A DNA stretch of 64,000 nucleotides from Candidatus Dormiibacterota bacterium (GTDB lineage Bacteria; Chloroflexota; Dormibacteria; Aeolococcales; Aeolococcaceae), in contig CAVPXI010000007.1 in NCBI GenBank assembly GCA_963709585.1, forward strand, positions 64,001 through 128,000, read 5' to 3'. The stretch's first letter is position 1. Every line of letters starts with the position of its first letter. Below, in pieces: positions 1 through 10,163 of this stretch. The translations under genes and the position numbers were made by a program. The notes under the pieces were generated by a model that did no database searches, had not been told where the DNA came from, and saw only the letters and a list, made by a program, of their open reading frames with translations.

Positions 1-833
1 TGTGGGAGGGGATGGACGAGCCGCTGCCTTCAGCGAACTGGGGGGTTGTGGCGCCCTCCCCGATTCCCTACTCGGGCGCAAACCAGGTGCCCCGCGAGCT
101 GAGCACTGACGAGATGGTGGAGATCCGCGAGCAGTTCGTCCGCGCGGCCGCTGCCGGTGAGCGGGCCGGGTTCGACCTCCTCGAGCTCCACAGCGCGCAT
201 GGGTACCTGCTCTCCAGCTTCATCTCGCCGATCTCGAACCAACGGTCGGACGCGTACGGCGGAACACTGGAGAACCGGCTTCGCTTTCCGCTCGAGGTCT
301 TTGACGCCGTGCGCGCCGTGTGGCCCGGGCACAAGCCGATGACCGTGCGCATCTCCGCAACCGACTGGTACCCCGGGGGCATCGACGCCGACGACGCAGT
401 CGAGATCGCGCGCGCGTTCGCCGGACTCGGAGCCGACGCCATCGACGTTTCCACGGGTCAGGTGACCAAGGACGAGAGCCCGGCGTTCGGCCGTTCGTAT
501 CAGACGCCGTATGCGGACCGCATCCGAAACCAGCTGGGGATCGCGACCATCGCGGTCGGCGTCATCTCCTCGTACGACGACGTCAACTCACTCGTGCTCG
601 CGGGGCGCGCCGATCTCTGCGCGCTGGCGCGCGCACATCTCTACGACCCGCAGTGGACGCTTCACGCGGCTGCCGACCAGGGCTACTCGGGACCGGGAGC
701 CGAGTGGCCGGATCCGTTGCGTGCAGGCAGCCGCAAGCCGCAGGCGGGACGCAGCGACGGGCCCAAACCCAGGCTGCAGCTCATCCGCGAAGGCGAGGCG
801 AAGACCCGGCACAGCCGCTGGCGGCCGCGCTGA
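1..833 (+). CDS. C-terminal old-yellow-enzyme (NADH:flavin oxidoreductase) part of a bifunctional salicylyl-CoA 5-hydroxylase/anthraniloyl-CoA monooxygenase-like protein, 5' truncated by the window
   Basis: Motifs ELHSAHGYLLSSFISP, NQRSDAYGGTLENR, SYQTPYADRIRN, DLCALARAHLYDP; frame is open to the window edge. Confidence 0.8.
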   Translation, partial: WEGMDEPLPSANWGVVAPSPIPYSGANQVPRELSTDEMVEIREQFVRAAAAGERAGFDLLELHSAHGYLLSSFISPISNQRSDAYGGTLENRLRFPLEVFDAVRAVWPGHKPMTVRISATDWYPGGIDADDAVEIARAFAGLGADAIDVSTGQVTKDESPAFGRSYQTPYADRIRNQLGIATIAVGVISSYDDVNSLVLAGRADLCALARAHLYDPQWTLHAAADQGYSGPGAEWPDPLRAGSRKPQAGRSDGPKPRLQLIREGEAKTRHSRWRPR

Positions 834-840
834 GGCCCGC

Positions 841-1566
841 TCAGGACGCGGGCAGTGACGAGCGAGCGGCCAGCGCGCTCGCCACGGTGTCGAGGAACCA
901 CTTGCGCTCGCGCGCGAGGAAGAAGAGGTGCCCGCCGCCGAAGGTCACCAGATGCGATCCGCTGATGCCACGACGCATCGTCTCGGCGTCTCGCAAAGGG
1001 ACGATCCTGTCCCTCCTTCCGTGCAGGATGGTGGTGGGGACATGGATCTGGTCGAGGCGGTCGGTGCACTCATACGCGCGCGAGGCCTGACGCTGGCGGG
1101 CGAACGCGTAGCGCGGCTGCGGATACTTGCCTCTGAACACGAGGCTCGACAGCATCCTCAGCATCTCCATGCGCGAGGTCGGTGTTTCCGGCCGCGCTGA
1201 TGCCGACGTGCTGACGAGGATGAGCCGGGCGACCCGAGCCGGGTGCTCGAGCGCCAGGTCGAGCGCGATCCGCCCGCCCATGGAAATTCCGAGCACGGTG
1301 GTGTGCGACATGCCGACCGATTCCATGAGCGCGTCGGTGTCGGCGGCCATCATCGGGATCGTGTACGGCGCGTCGGGCGTGTCGGTGCGTCCGGCGCCGC
1401 GGTTGTCGAAGGCCAGCACCTGGCTGGTCTGCGCGCACCAGTCCGTGAGCCACCCCCACTGCGAGATATCACTGGCGAGTCCACCGATGATCACGAGCGG
1501 CTCCCCTGACCCATGCAGCTCGTAGTACATGTCGATGTCGCCGGCGCGTGCGACCGGCACGGTCAT
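841..1566 (-). CDS. Alpha/beta fold hydrolase (enol-lactonase-like)
   Basis: FDNRGAG, nucleophile elbow GISMGG, GGH catalytic His; overlaps the stop of the IclR gene. Confidence 0.85.
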   Translation of the reverse strand: MTVPVARAGDIDMYYELHGSGEPLVIIGGLASDISQWGWLTDWCAQTSQVLAFDNRGAGRTDTPDAPYTIPMMAADTDALMESVGMSHTTVLGISMGGRIALDLALEHPARVARLILVSTSASARPETPTSRMEMLRMLSSLVFRGKYPQPRYAFARQRQASRAYECTDRLDQIHVPTTILHGRRDRIVPLRDAETMRRGISGSHLVTFGGGHLFFLARERKWFLDTVASALAARSSLPAS

Positions 1567-2396
1567 GCCCCCAGGCGCGTGGATGTCTGCGCACCCCGTC
1601 GACCCAGATCCTCTTCGATGCCGCGTGCCGCGGCAAGCAGGTGCGGCAGGAACTCGCTGCGGACCAGGTCGGCGCTCCCGCGGCTCACCGGCGATGAGAC
1701 ATTGACGGCGGCGATCACCCGTCCCGAGAGGTCATTGATCGGAGCGGCGATCGCCCGGAGCCCTTCCTCGAGCTCCTCGTCGACGAATGCCCAACCCTGC
1801 TCTCGTACCTGGAGCAACTCCGCGCGCAAGGCTGGAGCATCGGTGACGGTCCGCGTGGTCAGCCGGCGCAGCTCCACTGTCGCGAAGTATCCGTCGAGCC
1901 ATTCGTCGCTCTGTCCGGCTAGGAGCACGCGACCCATCGACGTCGCATACGCGGGGAACCGCGTGCCGACACTGATGGTGATGGTCATGATCCGGCGTGT
2001 CGGCACCCGGGCGACGTAGACGACATCGTCGGCATCGAGCACCGAGACGGACGACGACTCGCGGAGCAGGCTCACCAGGCGCTCGAGGTGCGGCTGCGCA
2101 ACCTCGTGGAGGCTGAGGCTCGACAGGTACGCGTATCCGAGCTCGAGCACTCGAGGGCGCAGTGCAAAGAGGCGTCCGTTGCTGCGCACGTACCCGAGCT
2201 CGGCCAGTGTGCGCAGGAACCGCCGCGCCGATGCGCGCGTCAGCCCCGCCACCCGGGCGACCTCACTCAGCGTGAGCTCGGGGTGTTCCGCGTCGAAGGC
2301 GCGGATGACCGCGAGTCCACGCTCGAGGGACTGCACGAAATCCGTGCCGATGCCGCGATCCACGCGTGCGCGAGCCGGTCGATCAGCGTCGGTCAC
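1563..2396 (-). CDS. pcaR: IclR-family regulator PcaR
   Basis: DFVQSLERGLAVIRAF, LSEVARVAGLTRASARRFL, GTRFPAYATSMGRVLL; lies within the pca operon. Confidence 0.9.
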   Translation of the reverse strand: MTDADRPARARVDRGIGTDFVQSLERGLAVIRAFDAEHPELTLSEVARVAGLTRASARRFLRTLAELGYVRSNGRLFALRPRVLELGYAYLSSLSLHEVAQPHLERLVSLLRESSSVSVLDADDVVYVARVPTRRIMTITISVGTRFPAYATSMGRVLLAGQSDEWLDGYFATVELRRLTTRTVTDAPALRAELLQVREQGWAFVDEELEEGLRAIAAPINDLSGRVIAAVNVSSPVSRGSADLVRSEFLPHLLAAARGIEEDLGRRGAQTSTRLGA

Positions 2397-2785
2397 ATCG
2401 GCTCTCTCGCTGGTGCATCGCCGGCGAGCACGTCACAAGCGATGCTGAACGCACGATTCGCACGCGGAACGCCGGCATAGACGGCGACCTGGATCAGGAT
2501 CTCCTTGAGCTCTTCGACGCTGACGCCGTTGCGCAGCGCCGCACGCACGTGCAGCGCAAGCTCATGCTCTGAGCCCTGCGCAGCCAGCATCGCCACGGTG
2601 ATGCAACTGCGCGTGCGTCGATCCAAGCCCGGACGCGACCAGACAGCGCCCCACGCATAGCGGGTGATGTGGTCCTGGAAATCCGCGGTGAACGGATCCG
2701 CGCCGGCCGTCGCACGATCGACGTGCTCGTCACCGAGGACCTCGCGCCGCGTGGTCATTCCCTGTTCTTGAATATCGTCACTCAC
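2393..2785 (-). CDS. pcaC: 4-carboxymuconolactone decarboxylase
   Basis: RREVLGDEHVDR, FQDHITRYAWGAVWSRPGLDRRTRS, VYAGVP. Confidence 0.93.
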   Translation of the reverse strand: MSDDIQEQGMTTRREVLGDEHVDRATAGADPFTADFQDHITRYAWGAVWSRPGLDRRTRSCITVAMLAAQGSEHELALHVRAALRNGVSVEELKEILIQVAVYAGVPRANRAFSIACDVLAGDAPAREPM

Positions 2786-3561
2786 GGCGCTCCTCCATCA
2801 CCCTCGCTCAGATGCTCGAGCACCAGCCCGTTCACGATGTCCGGTTGCTCGACGTTCACAAGGTGGGCGGCATCCGGAACCACCGCGACGTTCGCGTCGC
2901 GAAACGATGCGCCGAACATGACCGCGCTTGACGCCGGAACAACCGGATCCTCCGCTCCAACGATGATCAGCGTCGGCGCATCCACCTTGTGAATGTCGGT
3001 GCGCAGATCCCCCGTCGCGATCGCCTCGCAACAACTGGCATAGCCCTCGGCATCCATTGCGGCGAGGGTCTCCTCGTAGCCGCGCAGCGTCTCCGGGTGC
3101 TCACGTGCGAACCCTGCCGTGAACCATCGAGCCACCACGCTCGAGGCAATCGAGCCTGTGCCGTCCGCTCGTACCGTCGCTGCGCGGTCGGTGTACCGGG
3201 TGGCCGGCTGGAGTTGGGAGAGAGTCGCCATGACCACAAGCCGGTTGATGCGTTGTGGGTGGTGCGCCGCCATCCAGAGACCGACCATGCCTCCCAGGGA
3301 CACGCCGCAGAATGACACGGCTCCAGCGCCGAACTTGTCGAGCAGGGCGATGACATCGCCACCGAGTTCCTCGATGCTGTACGGGCCTCGAGGTGCCGGC
3401 GACGCACCGAGGCCGCGATGATCGTAGAGCAGGAGGGAGTAGCGAGCCGTCAGCGCATTTTGCGCATCCCACATGGCCCTGGTTGTGCCGAGCGCGGAGC
3501 TCATCACGACCATCGGCCTGTCTGGATCGCCGAGCAACGTCGAGGCGACCTCCACGCTCAT
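2782..3561 (-). CDS. pcaD: 3-oxoadipate enol-lactonase
   Basis: Starts MSVEVAST at an ATGA overlap with pcaB; YDHRGLG, FCGVSLGGMVG, GYASCCEAI, AAHLVNVEQP. Confidence 0.9.
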   Translation of the reverse strand: MSVEVASTLLGDPDRPMVVMSSALGTTRAMWDAQNALTARYSLLLYDHRGLGASPAPRGPYSIEELGGDVIALLDKFGAGAVSFCGVSLGGMVGLWMAAHHPQRINRLVVMATLSQLQPATRYTDRAATVRADGTGSIASSVVARWFTAGFAREHPETLRGYEETLAAMDAEGYASCCEAIATGDLRTDIHKVDAPTLIIVGAEDPVVPASSAVMFGASFRDANVAVVPDAAHLVNVEQPDIVNGLVLEHLSEGDGGAP

Positions 3562-4916
3562 GGCTGCGCGCCGACGGCACGGTGAGCGTCCTGCGCACGC
3601 TGGATGAGCTCGTCGATCGACCCGAGGTACCCGGCTGGATCGAGCGCCGCCAGCACCTCCAACTCGGAGAGATGGCTGCGCACCTCGGGATCCTCGCGCA
3701 CGATCTCCGCAAACGCGACGTGGCGCACGATCGAGTCCTCGCTGCACCGGCTCACGATCGCTCGAGCGGTGGATCGTCCCGCGTGGCGGGACAGCTGCAG
3801 GGCGAGATGCTCCGCCATGACCAGCCCACCGTCCGAGGCGAGGTTCTCCTCCATGCGCTGAGGGTCGACGTGCAGTGAGCCGAGCATCGCCCCTGCGTGA
3901 TGGCTCGCGCCACCTGCGATATGGAGCAGCTGGCGGACCGTCTCCCACTCCGCATGCCATGCGCCGGCGGCACGCTCGTGCTCCTGCACCATGGTGGTGA
4001 ACACGGTGCCGACCAGACCCGCCGCGCGCTCCGCCGCAGCCAGAACGAGCACGGCACGCACCGGATTTCGCTTCTGCGGCAACGTCGACGACGTCCCGTG
4101 CTCGGCCTCCCCGACCTCTGCTACCTCCGCCTGTGCGAGCAGGATGACGTCGCGGGCGATCTTGCCGAGAACGCCGATCGCAGTGCCGAGCGCCGCGGCG
4201 AGCTCCGCGACACGGGTGCGGTCGGTGTGCCACGGAAGCACCGGCTCCTCGAGCTCGAGGCGAGCAGCCAGACGATGCACGACCTCGACACCTCGGCCCT
4301 CCAGCGACGCCAGCGTGCCTGTGGCTCCGCCAAGCTGCACCGCCAGCCGGTCAGCTCGCACGTGCGTGAGCAGCGCGCGAGCTTCGTCGAGGCTCACCAA
4401 CCAGCCGGCGGCTTTATAGCCGAACGTGGTCGGTGTGGCCGGCTGCAACAGCGTGCGCGCGGTCATGAGGGTGCGCCGGTGCGTCTCCGCCAGGGTCGAG
4501 CACGCGGAGCCGGCTGCCGACAGCTCGTCGATGATCACGCCGAGCGCGCGTTTCGCCATCAGTGAGAAGGCAGTGTCGATGACATCCTGGCTGGTGGCGC
4601 CGAGATGCACGTACTGCGCTGCACCGGCCGATACGGCGTCGCTGAGCGACTGGATCAAGGGTGCCGCCGGGTTGCCAGACAAGATCGAGCTCCTCCCGAT
4701 CTCCGCCGGGTCGAACGACGTAGCACTGCAAGCTGCTGCGATCTCGGTTGCAACGTCCAGCGGTACCAGGCCCGCGTCCGCCTCGGCGTGTGCCAGCGCC
4801 GCTTCGAAATCGAGCATTGCCTGGAGCCAGGCGGTGTCACTCACGGCCGCGTCGACGGCGGGACTGCCGAACAGCGGATCGACGAGTCCCTCAGCGATCG
4901 AAGAAGACTGTCTCAC
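3558..4916 (-). CDS. pcaB: 3-carboxy-cis,cis-muconate cycloisomerase (start uncertain: GTG 4916 or ATC 4898)
   Basis: Fumarase/ASL superfamily motifs VHLGATSQD, QLGGATGT, SSTLPQKRNP, QEHERAAGAWHAEW. Confidence 0.9.
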   Translation of the reverse strand: MRQSSSIAEGLVDPLFGSPAVDAAVSDTAWLQAMLDFEAALAHAEADAGLVPLDVATEIAAACSATSFDPAEIGRSSILSGNPAAPLIQSLSDAVSAGAAQYVHLGATSQDVIDTAFSLMAKRALGVIIDELSAAGSACSTLAETHRRTLMTARTLLQPATPTTFGYKAAGWLVSLDEARALLTHVRADRLAVQLGGATGTLASLEGRGVEVVHRLAARLELEEPVLPWHTDRTRVAELAAALGTAIGVLGKIARDVILLAQAEVAEVGEAEHGTSSTLPQKRNPVRAVLVLAAAERAAGLVGTVFTTMVQEHERAAGAWHAEWETVRQLLHIAGGASHHAGAMLGSLHVDPQRMEENLASDGGLVMAEHLALQLSRHAGRSTARAIVSRCSEDSIVRHVAFAEIVREDPEVRSHLSELEVLAALDPAGYLGSIDELIQRAQDAHRAVGAQP

Positions 4917-5376
4917 GCGCGCCCTGAAGGTGGATGTCGAATCGGAGACCACCCTCATGCCTCACCGCCACGAGGGTTGAACGCTCAGCCGAAGAAAGGG
5001 ATTGGAGCACCGGGTCCGCGTCATTGGCCTCGTCTTCGTCGGGGAAGTAGATGCGTGTCACCAGGCGGGTGAGCAGGCCGCGCGCGAAGACCGACACGTC
5101 GAGATGCGGCGCGTCCGGAGCACCGTTGCGCGCTGGTTTGGTGGTGACGATCGCGAAGTGCCCCTCGTCGTCGGTCCCGCAACGGCCGGCGCCCTCGGCC
5201 TGCCAGGTCTCGACCAGCGCATCGGGCACCGGTTCACCGGCACCATCGAGCACCTGCCCGGAGATGCGCACCGCGCCCGGCGACCCCTCGCCGGCGACGT
5301 GCGCCCCGATCGTGGTCGCAAGTCCGATTCGGAAGAACGGTCCAACGGTCTGCGACGGGGTGAGCGGCAGCGTCAT
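4891..5376 (-). CDS. pcaG: Protocatechuate 3,4-dioxygenase alpha subunit
   Basis: TPSQTVGPFF, VPDALVETWQA, APHLDVSVFARGLL, FDIHLQGARETVFF. Confidence 0.93.
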   Translation of the reverse strand: MTLPLTPSQTVGPFFRIGLATTIGAHVAGEGSPGAVRISGQVLDGAGEPVPDALVETWQAEGAGRCGTDDEGHFAIVTTKPARNGAPDAPHLDVSVFARGLLTRLVTRIYFPDEDEANDADPVLQSLSSAERSTLVAVRHEGGLRFDIHLQGARETVFFDR

Positions 5377-6071
5377 TCGGACGCATCATCGTCGAGCGGC
5401 GTGGCGTCACGCCCCGCGACCACAATGTCCCACGCGTACCCGAGCGACCACTCCGGCTCGGTGAGCTCGAGCGACCACGATGCGACCAGACGCCGCCGCG
5501 CGGCGTCGTCGGGCACCGAGTTGAACACCGGGTCCTGTACGAGCAGCGGGTCGCCGGGGAAATACATCTGCGTGATCAGACGCTGCGCGAACGCGGGCGA
5601 GAACACGGAGAAATGCACGTGCGCGGGACGCCATGCGTTGGGATGGTTGAGCCATGGATACGCGCCCGGCCTGATCGTGACGAACCGATAGCCTCCTGCC
5701 GCGTCGGTGAGGCACCGGCCCGCGCCGCTGAAGTTGGGATCGAGCGGGGCCTGATGCTGATCCGAGAGGTGCGCATAGCGGCCCGCCGCGTTCGCCTGCC
5801 AGACCTCGATGAGCGCGCCTGCCAGCGGGTTCGCGTTCTCATCGAGCACCCGCCCGCTGATGGTGATCCGCTCGCCGACTGGCTCTCCATCGTGCTGCCG
5901 GGTGAGGTCGTGGTCGAGGGCGCCGATGGTCTCGCCCGCCAGCAGCGGTGCGGCGAGCTCGCCGAGCCGCCCCGGGAGCACCCGCAGTGGCTGTTTCGGG
6001 GCGCGCAGCCGGCTCGAAGCGTATGCCGAAGCGTCATTCGGCGGATGCACCGAGCGCGTCGACGCCGGCAT
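5373..6071 (-). CDS. pcaH: Protocatechuate 3,4-dioxygenase beta subunit
   Basis: IEVWQANAAGRY, PLDPNFSGAGR, PGAYPWLNHPNAWRPAHVHFS, ITQMYFPGDPL. Confidence 0.95.
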   Translation of the reverse strand: MPASTRSVHPPNDASAYASSRLRAPKQPLRVLPGRLGELAAPLLAGETIGALDHDLTRQHDGEPVGERITISGRVLDENANPLAGALIEVWQANAAGRYAHLSDQHQAPLDPNFSGAGRCLTDAAGGYRFVTIRPGAYPWLNHPNAWRPAHVHFSVFSPAFAQRLITQMYFPGDPLLVQDPVFNSVPDDAARRRLVASWSLELTEPEWSLGYAWDIVVAGRDATPLDDDASE

Positions 6072-7254
6072 TCAGCCTTCCAGAACCACGGCGAGCCCCT
6101 GGCCGACGCCGATGCAGATCGCCGCAAGGCCGAAGCCCCCGCCACGACGTCGCAACTCGTGGGCGAGCGAGCCGAGGATGCGCGCCCCGGAACAGCCGAT
6201 GGGATGGCCGATCGCGATCGCCCCACCATTTGGATTCACCTTCTCGGGGTCGAGCTCCGGCCAGTCGCACAGACAGGCGAGCGATTGCGCCGCGAACGCC
6301 TCGTTGAGCTCGACGACCGCAAGATCCTTCCACCCGATTCCCGCGCGACCGAGCGCCAGGTTGGCCGCCGCAACCGGTCCGATTCCGTACAGCGGCGGCT
6401 CCACCGCGCTCACGCCGCGAGCAACGATGCGGGCCAGCGGCTCGCGATCCGCGCGTCGCGCACCCGCCGCATCAGCGAGCAGGATCGCGGCGGCGCCGTC
6501 GTTGAGCGGGGAGGCATTCCCCGCGGTCACCGTGCCGTCGGGCCGGAACGCCGGTCGCAGTGACGCGAGGGCGTTGATGGACGTGCCGGCGCGGATGCTT
6601 TCGTCGCGGCGAAGGTCAAGTCCGGGTACCGCGACGACCTCGCCGTCGTACCGCCCTGCGTCCCAGGCCGCAGCCCCCTGGCGATGGCTGCGCAGCGCGA
6701 ATTCGTCCTGCTGCTCGCGACTGATCGAATATTTTGAGGCGAGCAACTCCGCGCCCTCCCCGAGCGAGATCGTCCATTCCGCGGGCATCCGCGGGTTGAC
6801 CATGCGCCAGCCGAGCGTGGTCGAGAACAGCGTCTCGTTGGTGCGCGCATATGCGCGTTCCGGCTTGAGCATCACCCATGGCGCGCGGCTCATCGACTCG
6901 ACTCCGCCGGCGATGCAGAGGGAATGATCCCCGACCGCGATCGCCCGGCTCGCCGCGATCACCGCCTCGAGTTCCTGAGCCGCACAGCCGGTTGACGGTC
7001 GTGCCCGGCACGCCCGGCGGCATCCCGGCGAGCAGGAGCGCCATCCTCGCGAGGTTGCGATTGTCCTCGCCCGCACCGTTGCCGTCTCCAAACACCACGT
7101 CGCCGACCTCTGCCGGGTCGAGCGCCGGGCTCCGCGTCACGAGCTCGGAGATCACGCAGGCCGCAAGGTCATCCGGACGCACCCCCGCGAGCGCACCGCC
7201 GTGGCGGCCGATCGGCGTGCGCACCGCGTCCAGGACGTAGACGTCCTCGGTCAC
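6072..7254 (-). CDS. pcaF: Thiolase (3-oxoadipyl-CoA thiolase), one apparent +1 frameshift near 6972, probably a sequencing error
   Basis: N-part AVRTPIGRHGG...NRLCGSG in ORF 6616-7254; C-part LEAVIAA...NEAFA...GHPIGCSG...CIGVGQG in ORF 6072-7091. Confidence 0.85.
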
Positions 7255-8013
7255 GAGCCCTTGGTCGCCTCGAGGCGGCGCAGCACCGTGAGCTCCTCCT
7301 CGGTGGGCGGGTCGGTGGTCGCGAGGTCTGACGACACCGCAAGCGGCCAGCCGGTCGCGGCGCGCGCGTCCTCGGCCGTCGAGCCGTGGTGCACGCTGAC
7401 CAGCGTGAGCTCGCAGGTGCCCGGGGCAGGCGACAGGATGCCGAAGTCGGTGATCACGACCCGCGGTCCGGACCCGGTGAGACCGTGCCGCCGGCGCTCG
7501 TCAGATCCTCTCCCGAAGCCGGCCGAGGTGACGAAGTCGACGCGATCGACGAACGTCCGCGGAGTTCTGGCGGACCACAACCACGACCTCACGGCACGAC
7601 GCGGCGATCTCGGGGGCGCCTCCCGCACCCGGGAGCCGCACCGTCGGGTGGCGGTAGTCGGCGCCGATCACAGTGGTGTTGATATTGGCGTAGCGGTCGA
7701 TCTGCGCAGCGCTGAGGAAGCCGACGTCGATCCTTCCGGGTTGCAGCCAGTAGTTGAAGACCTCGGGGACACTGACCACCGCGTCAGCCGTTTCCGCAAG
7801 GATGCCGTCGCCGATCGAGAGCGGCAGACGGTCGGGCTTGGCGCCGATCGTTCCCGACTCGTAGATGAGCACGACGTCGGGGGCGTGGGTGACGCGCGCG
7901 AGATTCGCCGCGGTGCTCGGCAGCCCGATGCCGACAAAGCAGACGGTCCCGTTGTGCAGCTGGCGTGCTGCCGCGATGGTCATCATCTCGTCCGACGTGT
8001 ACGCCGCGCTCAC
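7251..8013 (-). CDS. pcaJ: 3-oxoadipate CoA-transferase beta subunit (GctB/CatJ type), apparent frameshift near 7565
   Basis: EMMTIAAAR, FVGIGLPS, LIYESG, GFLSAAQID, RLPGAGGAPEIA, then RTFVDRVDFVTS in a second frame. Confidence 0.82.
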
Positions 8014-8834
8014 GCGGCGGGAGCTCGGCGCATCACGTTCTCGTCCATCCAGCGCAGGAACGTGTCCCGCTGCCTGCTGATGGTGTCCCATTCTGTATAG
8101 AACGCGTTGTCCCGCAAGGAATATCCCTGCGCATACGAGGGATGCGATCCTCCCGGCGCGACCGCGACGTAGGTCGTCGCGAAGGAGGGAAGCACGACCT
8201 CCTGGGCTTTGGGGTCAAGGCTGTCGACGATCTCCTCGACGGTGATCAGCGAGCGTTTCGCGGCGAGCACGGCTTCCTTCTGGACGCCGAGGATGCCCCA
8301 CATCTGCACGTTGCCCTTCCGGTCCGCGCGCTGCGCATGGATGATCGTGACGTCGGGCGAGAGCGCGGGAAGCGCGGTCAGCACCTCGCCGGTGAACGGA
8401 CACGTGATCGGCCTGATCGTGTCCGTCTGCGCCACAAGATCGGTGCCGACATACCCGCGGAGCACGGCGAACGGAAGCCCGCTCGCTCCGGCGAGGTATC
8501 GGTTGGCCATGCCCGCATGGCTGTGCTCCTCCAGCTCCAGCGGGAGTGGCCAGGCGTTCTCCACCGCGTCGCGGAATCTGTGGAGAGAGCCGACGCCGGG
8601 GTTGCCGCCCCACGAGAAGATGAGCTTGGACGCGCACCCCATCCCGATCAGCTGGTCGTAGATGAGATCCGGAGTCATTCGCACCAGGGTGAGATTGCGA
8701 CGCCCCTGGCGAATGATCTCGTGACCGGCCGCGAACGGGATGAGATGGGTGAACCCCTCCATGACAAGCGTGTCGCCGTCGTGGACGAGCGCGGCGATCC
8801 CGTCGCGCAGCGAGACGATCTCAGCCATGCTCAA
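8010..8834 (-). CDS. pcaI: 3-oxoadipate CoA-transferase alpha subunit (GctA/CatI type)
   Basis: EGFTHLIPFAAGHEIIRQ, RMTPDLIYDQLIG, SWGGNPGVGSLHR, HPSYAQGY. Confidence 0.9.
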   Translation of the reverse strand: MSMAEIVSLRDGIAALVHDGDTLVMEGFTHLIPFAAGHEIIRQGRRNLTLVRMTPDLIYDQLIGMGCASKLIFSWGGNPGVGSLHRFRDAVENAWPLPLELEEHSHAGMANRYLAGASGLPFAVLRGYVGTDLVAQTDTIRPITCPFTGEVLTALPALSPDVTIIHAQRADRKGNVQMWGILGVQKEAVLAAKRSLITVEEIVDSLDPKAQEVVLPSFATTYVAVAPGGSHPSYAQGYSLRDNAFYTEWDTISRQRDTFLRWMDENVMRRAPAA

Positions 8835-8844
8835 GGATCAGCAT

Positions 8845-8952
8845 GTTCGCGTAGCGCACACTCGTGTTCGCAACCTTAGCTTTTCAGGGGTTTTCTTGCC
8901 GTCACAGAGATATGTTACGTTCAGGTAGAGAACTTAGGTTCGCTATACGAAC
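8845..8952. promoter_or_regulatory. Divergent promoter region with PcaR/PcaU-type IclR operator boxes
   Basis: GTTCG-N5-CGCAC at 8845-8859, extra TGTTCG half-site at 8865-8870, GTTCA-N5-AGAAC at 8919-8933, GTTCG-N5-CGAAC at 8938-8952; AT-rich gap between pcaI and pobA. Confidence 0.7.
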
Positions 8953-8984
8953 ACTCGGGCCCATCGGATTAGAGCGGGGTAGGC

Positions 8985-10163
8985 GTGCGCACCCAGGTTG
9001 CGATCCTCGGGGCCGGTCCCGCCGGCCTGATGCTTGCCCACCTGCTGAGCATCGCCGGCATCGAGACGATCGTCATCGAGTCGCGGACGCGCGAGTATGT
9101 GGAGCACCGTCTGCGCGCCGGCGTGCTCGAACAGGGAAGCGCTGATCTGCTCGAATCCACGGGTGTCGGGGCGAGGATGCGGCGCGAGGGCCTCGTGCAT
9201 CACGGTATCCGGCTGCGCTTCGGCGGTCGCGACCACCGCATCGACTTCGGTGCGCTCACCGGCGGGCGTGGGATCACCGTGTACGGACAGCAGGAGATCG
9301 TCAAGGATCTGATCGCAGTCCGCCTGTCGGCGGGCCAACCCATCCTGTTCGAGATCGGCGACGTACGGTTGCACGGCATCGACACCGAACAGCCGTCGGT
9401 CAGCTTCGTCCTCGACGGTGCCGGCGCCACCATCGACTGCGACATCATCGCCGGGTGCGACGGATTCCACGGCGTTTCGCGTGACAGCATCCCGCCCGGG
9501 GTGCTCACCGCGTACGCACACGAGTACCCGTTCGCCTGGCTTGGAATCCTTGCCGGTGTCGCTCCGTCAAGTGAGGAGCTGATCTACTGCTATCACGAGC
9601 ATGGCTTCGCGCTCCTCAGCATGCGATCCCCCACCGTGAGCCGTCTGTACCTCCAGGTACCCGCCGGCGAGCGCGTCGCAGACTGGTCTGACGCGCGCAT
9701 CTGGGAGGAGTTGCGGACCAGGCTGGCCGCGGACAGTTGGTCACTCACCGAAGGCCCGATCACGGAGAAGGGCATCACGGGCATGCGCAGCTTCGTCGTC
9801 GAACCCATGCAGTTCGGGCGCCTGTTCCTGAGCGGCGACGCGGCGCACATCGTGCCGCCCACGGGCGCCAAGGGGATGAATCTTGCGCTCCGCGACGTGA
9901 GCGTCCTCGCGCAGGCGGTGGTCGCGTTTTCCAGCACTGGCGACACGCGATTGCTCGACGAGTATTCCGCCAATTGTCTGCGCCGGGCCTGGAGGGCGCA
10001 GCACTTCTCATGGTGGATGACATCGATGCTGCATCGCTTTCCCGACGCTGACGCGTACCAGGTGCGCTTGCAGCTGGCCCAGCTCGCATATACCGTCAAC
10101 TCACGTGCGGCTTCGACGAGCCTCGCGGAGAATTACGTGGGGTACGAATGGACGACAACATGA
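8985..10163 (+). CDS. pobA: 4-hydroxybenzoate 3-monooxygenase
   Basis: GAGPAGL, RAGVLEQG, VYGQQE, GCDGFHG, RSFVVEPMQFGRLFLSGDAAHIVPPTGAKGMNLA, LAENYVG. Confidence 0.95.
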   Translation: MRTQVAILGAGPAGLMLAHLLSIAGIETIVIESRTREYVEHRLRAGVLEQGSADLLESTGVGARMRREGLVHHGIRLRFGGRDHRIDFGALTGGRGITVYGQQEIVKDLIAVRLSAGQPILFEIGDVRLHGIDTEQPSVSFVLDGAGATIDCDIIAGCDGFHGVSRDSIPPGVLTAYAHEYPFAWLGILAGVAPSSEELIYCYHEHGFALLSMRSPTVSRLYLQVPAGERVADWSDARIWEELRTRLAADSWSLTEGPITEKGITGMRSFVVEPMQFGRLFLSGDAAHIVPPTGAKGMNLALRDVSVLAQAVVAFSSTGDTRLLDEYSANCLRRAWRAQHFSWWMTSMLHRFPDADAYQVRLQLAQLAYTVNSRAASTSLAENYVGYEWTTT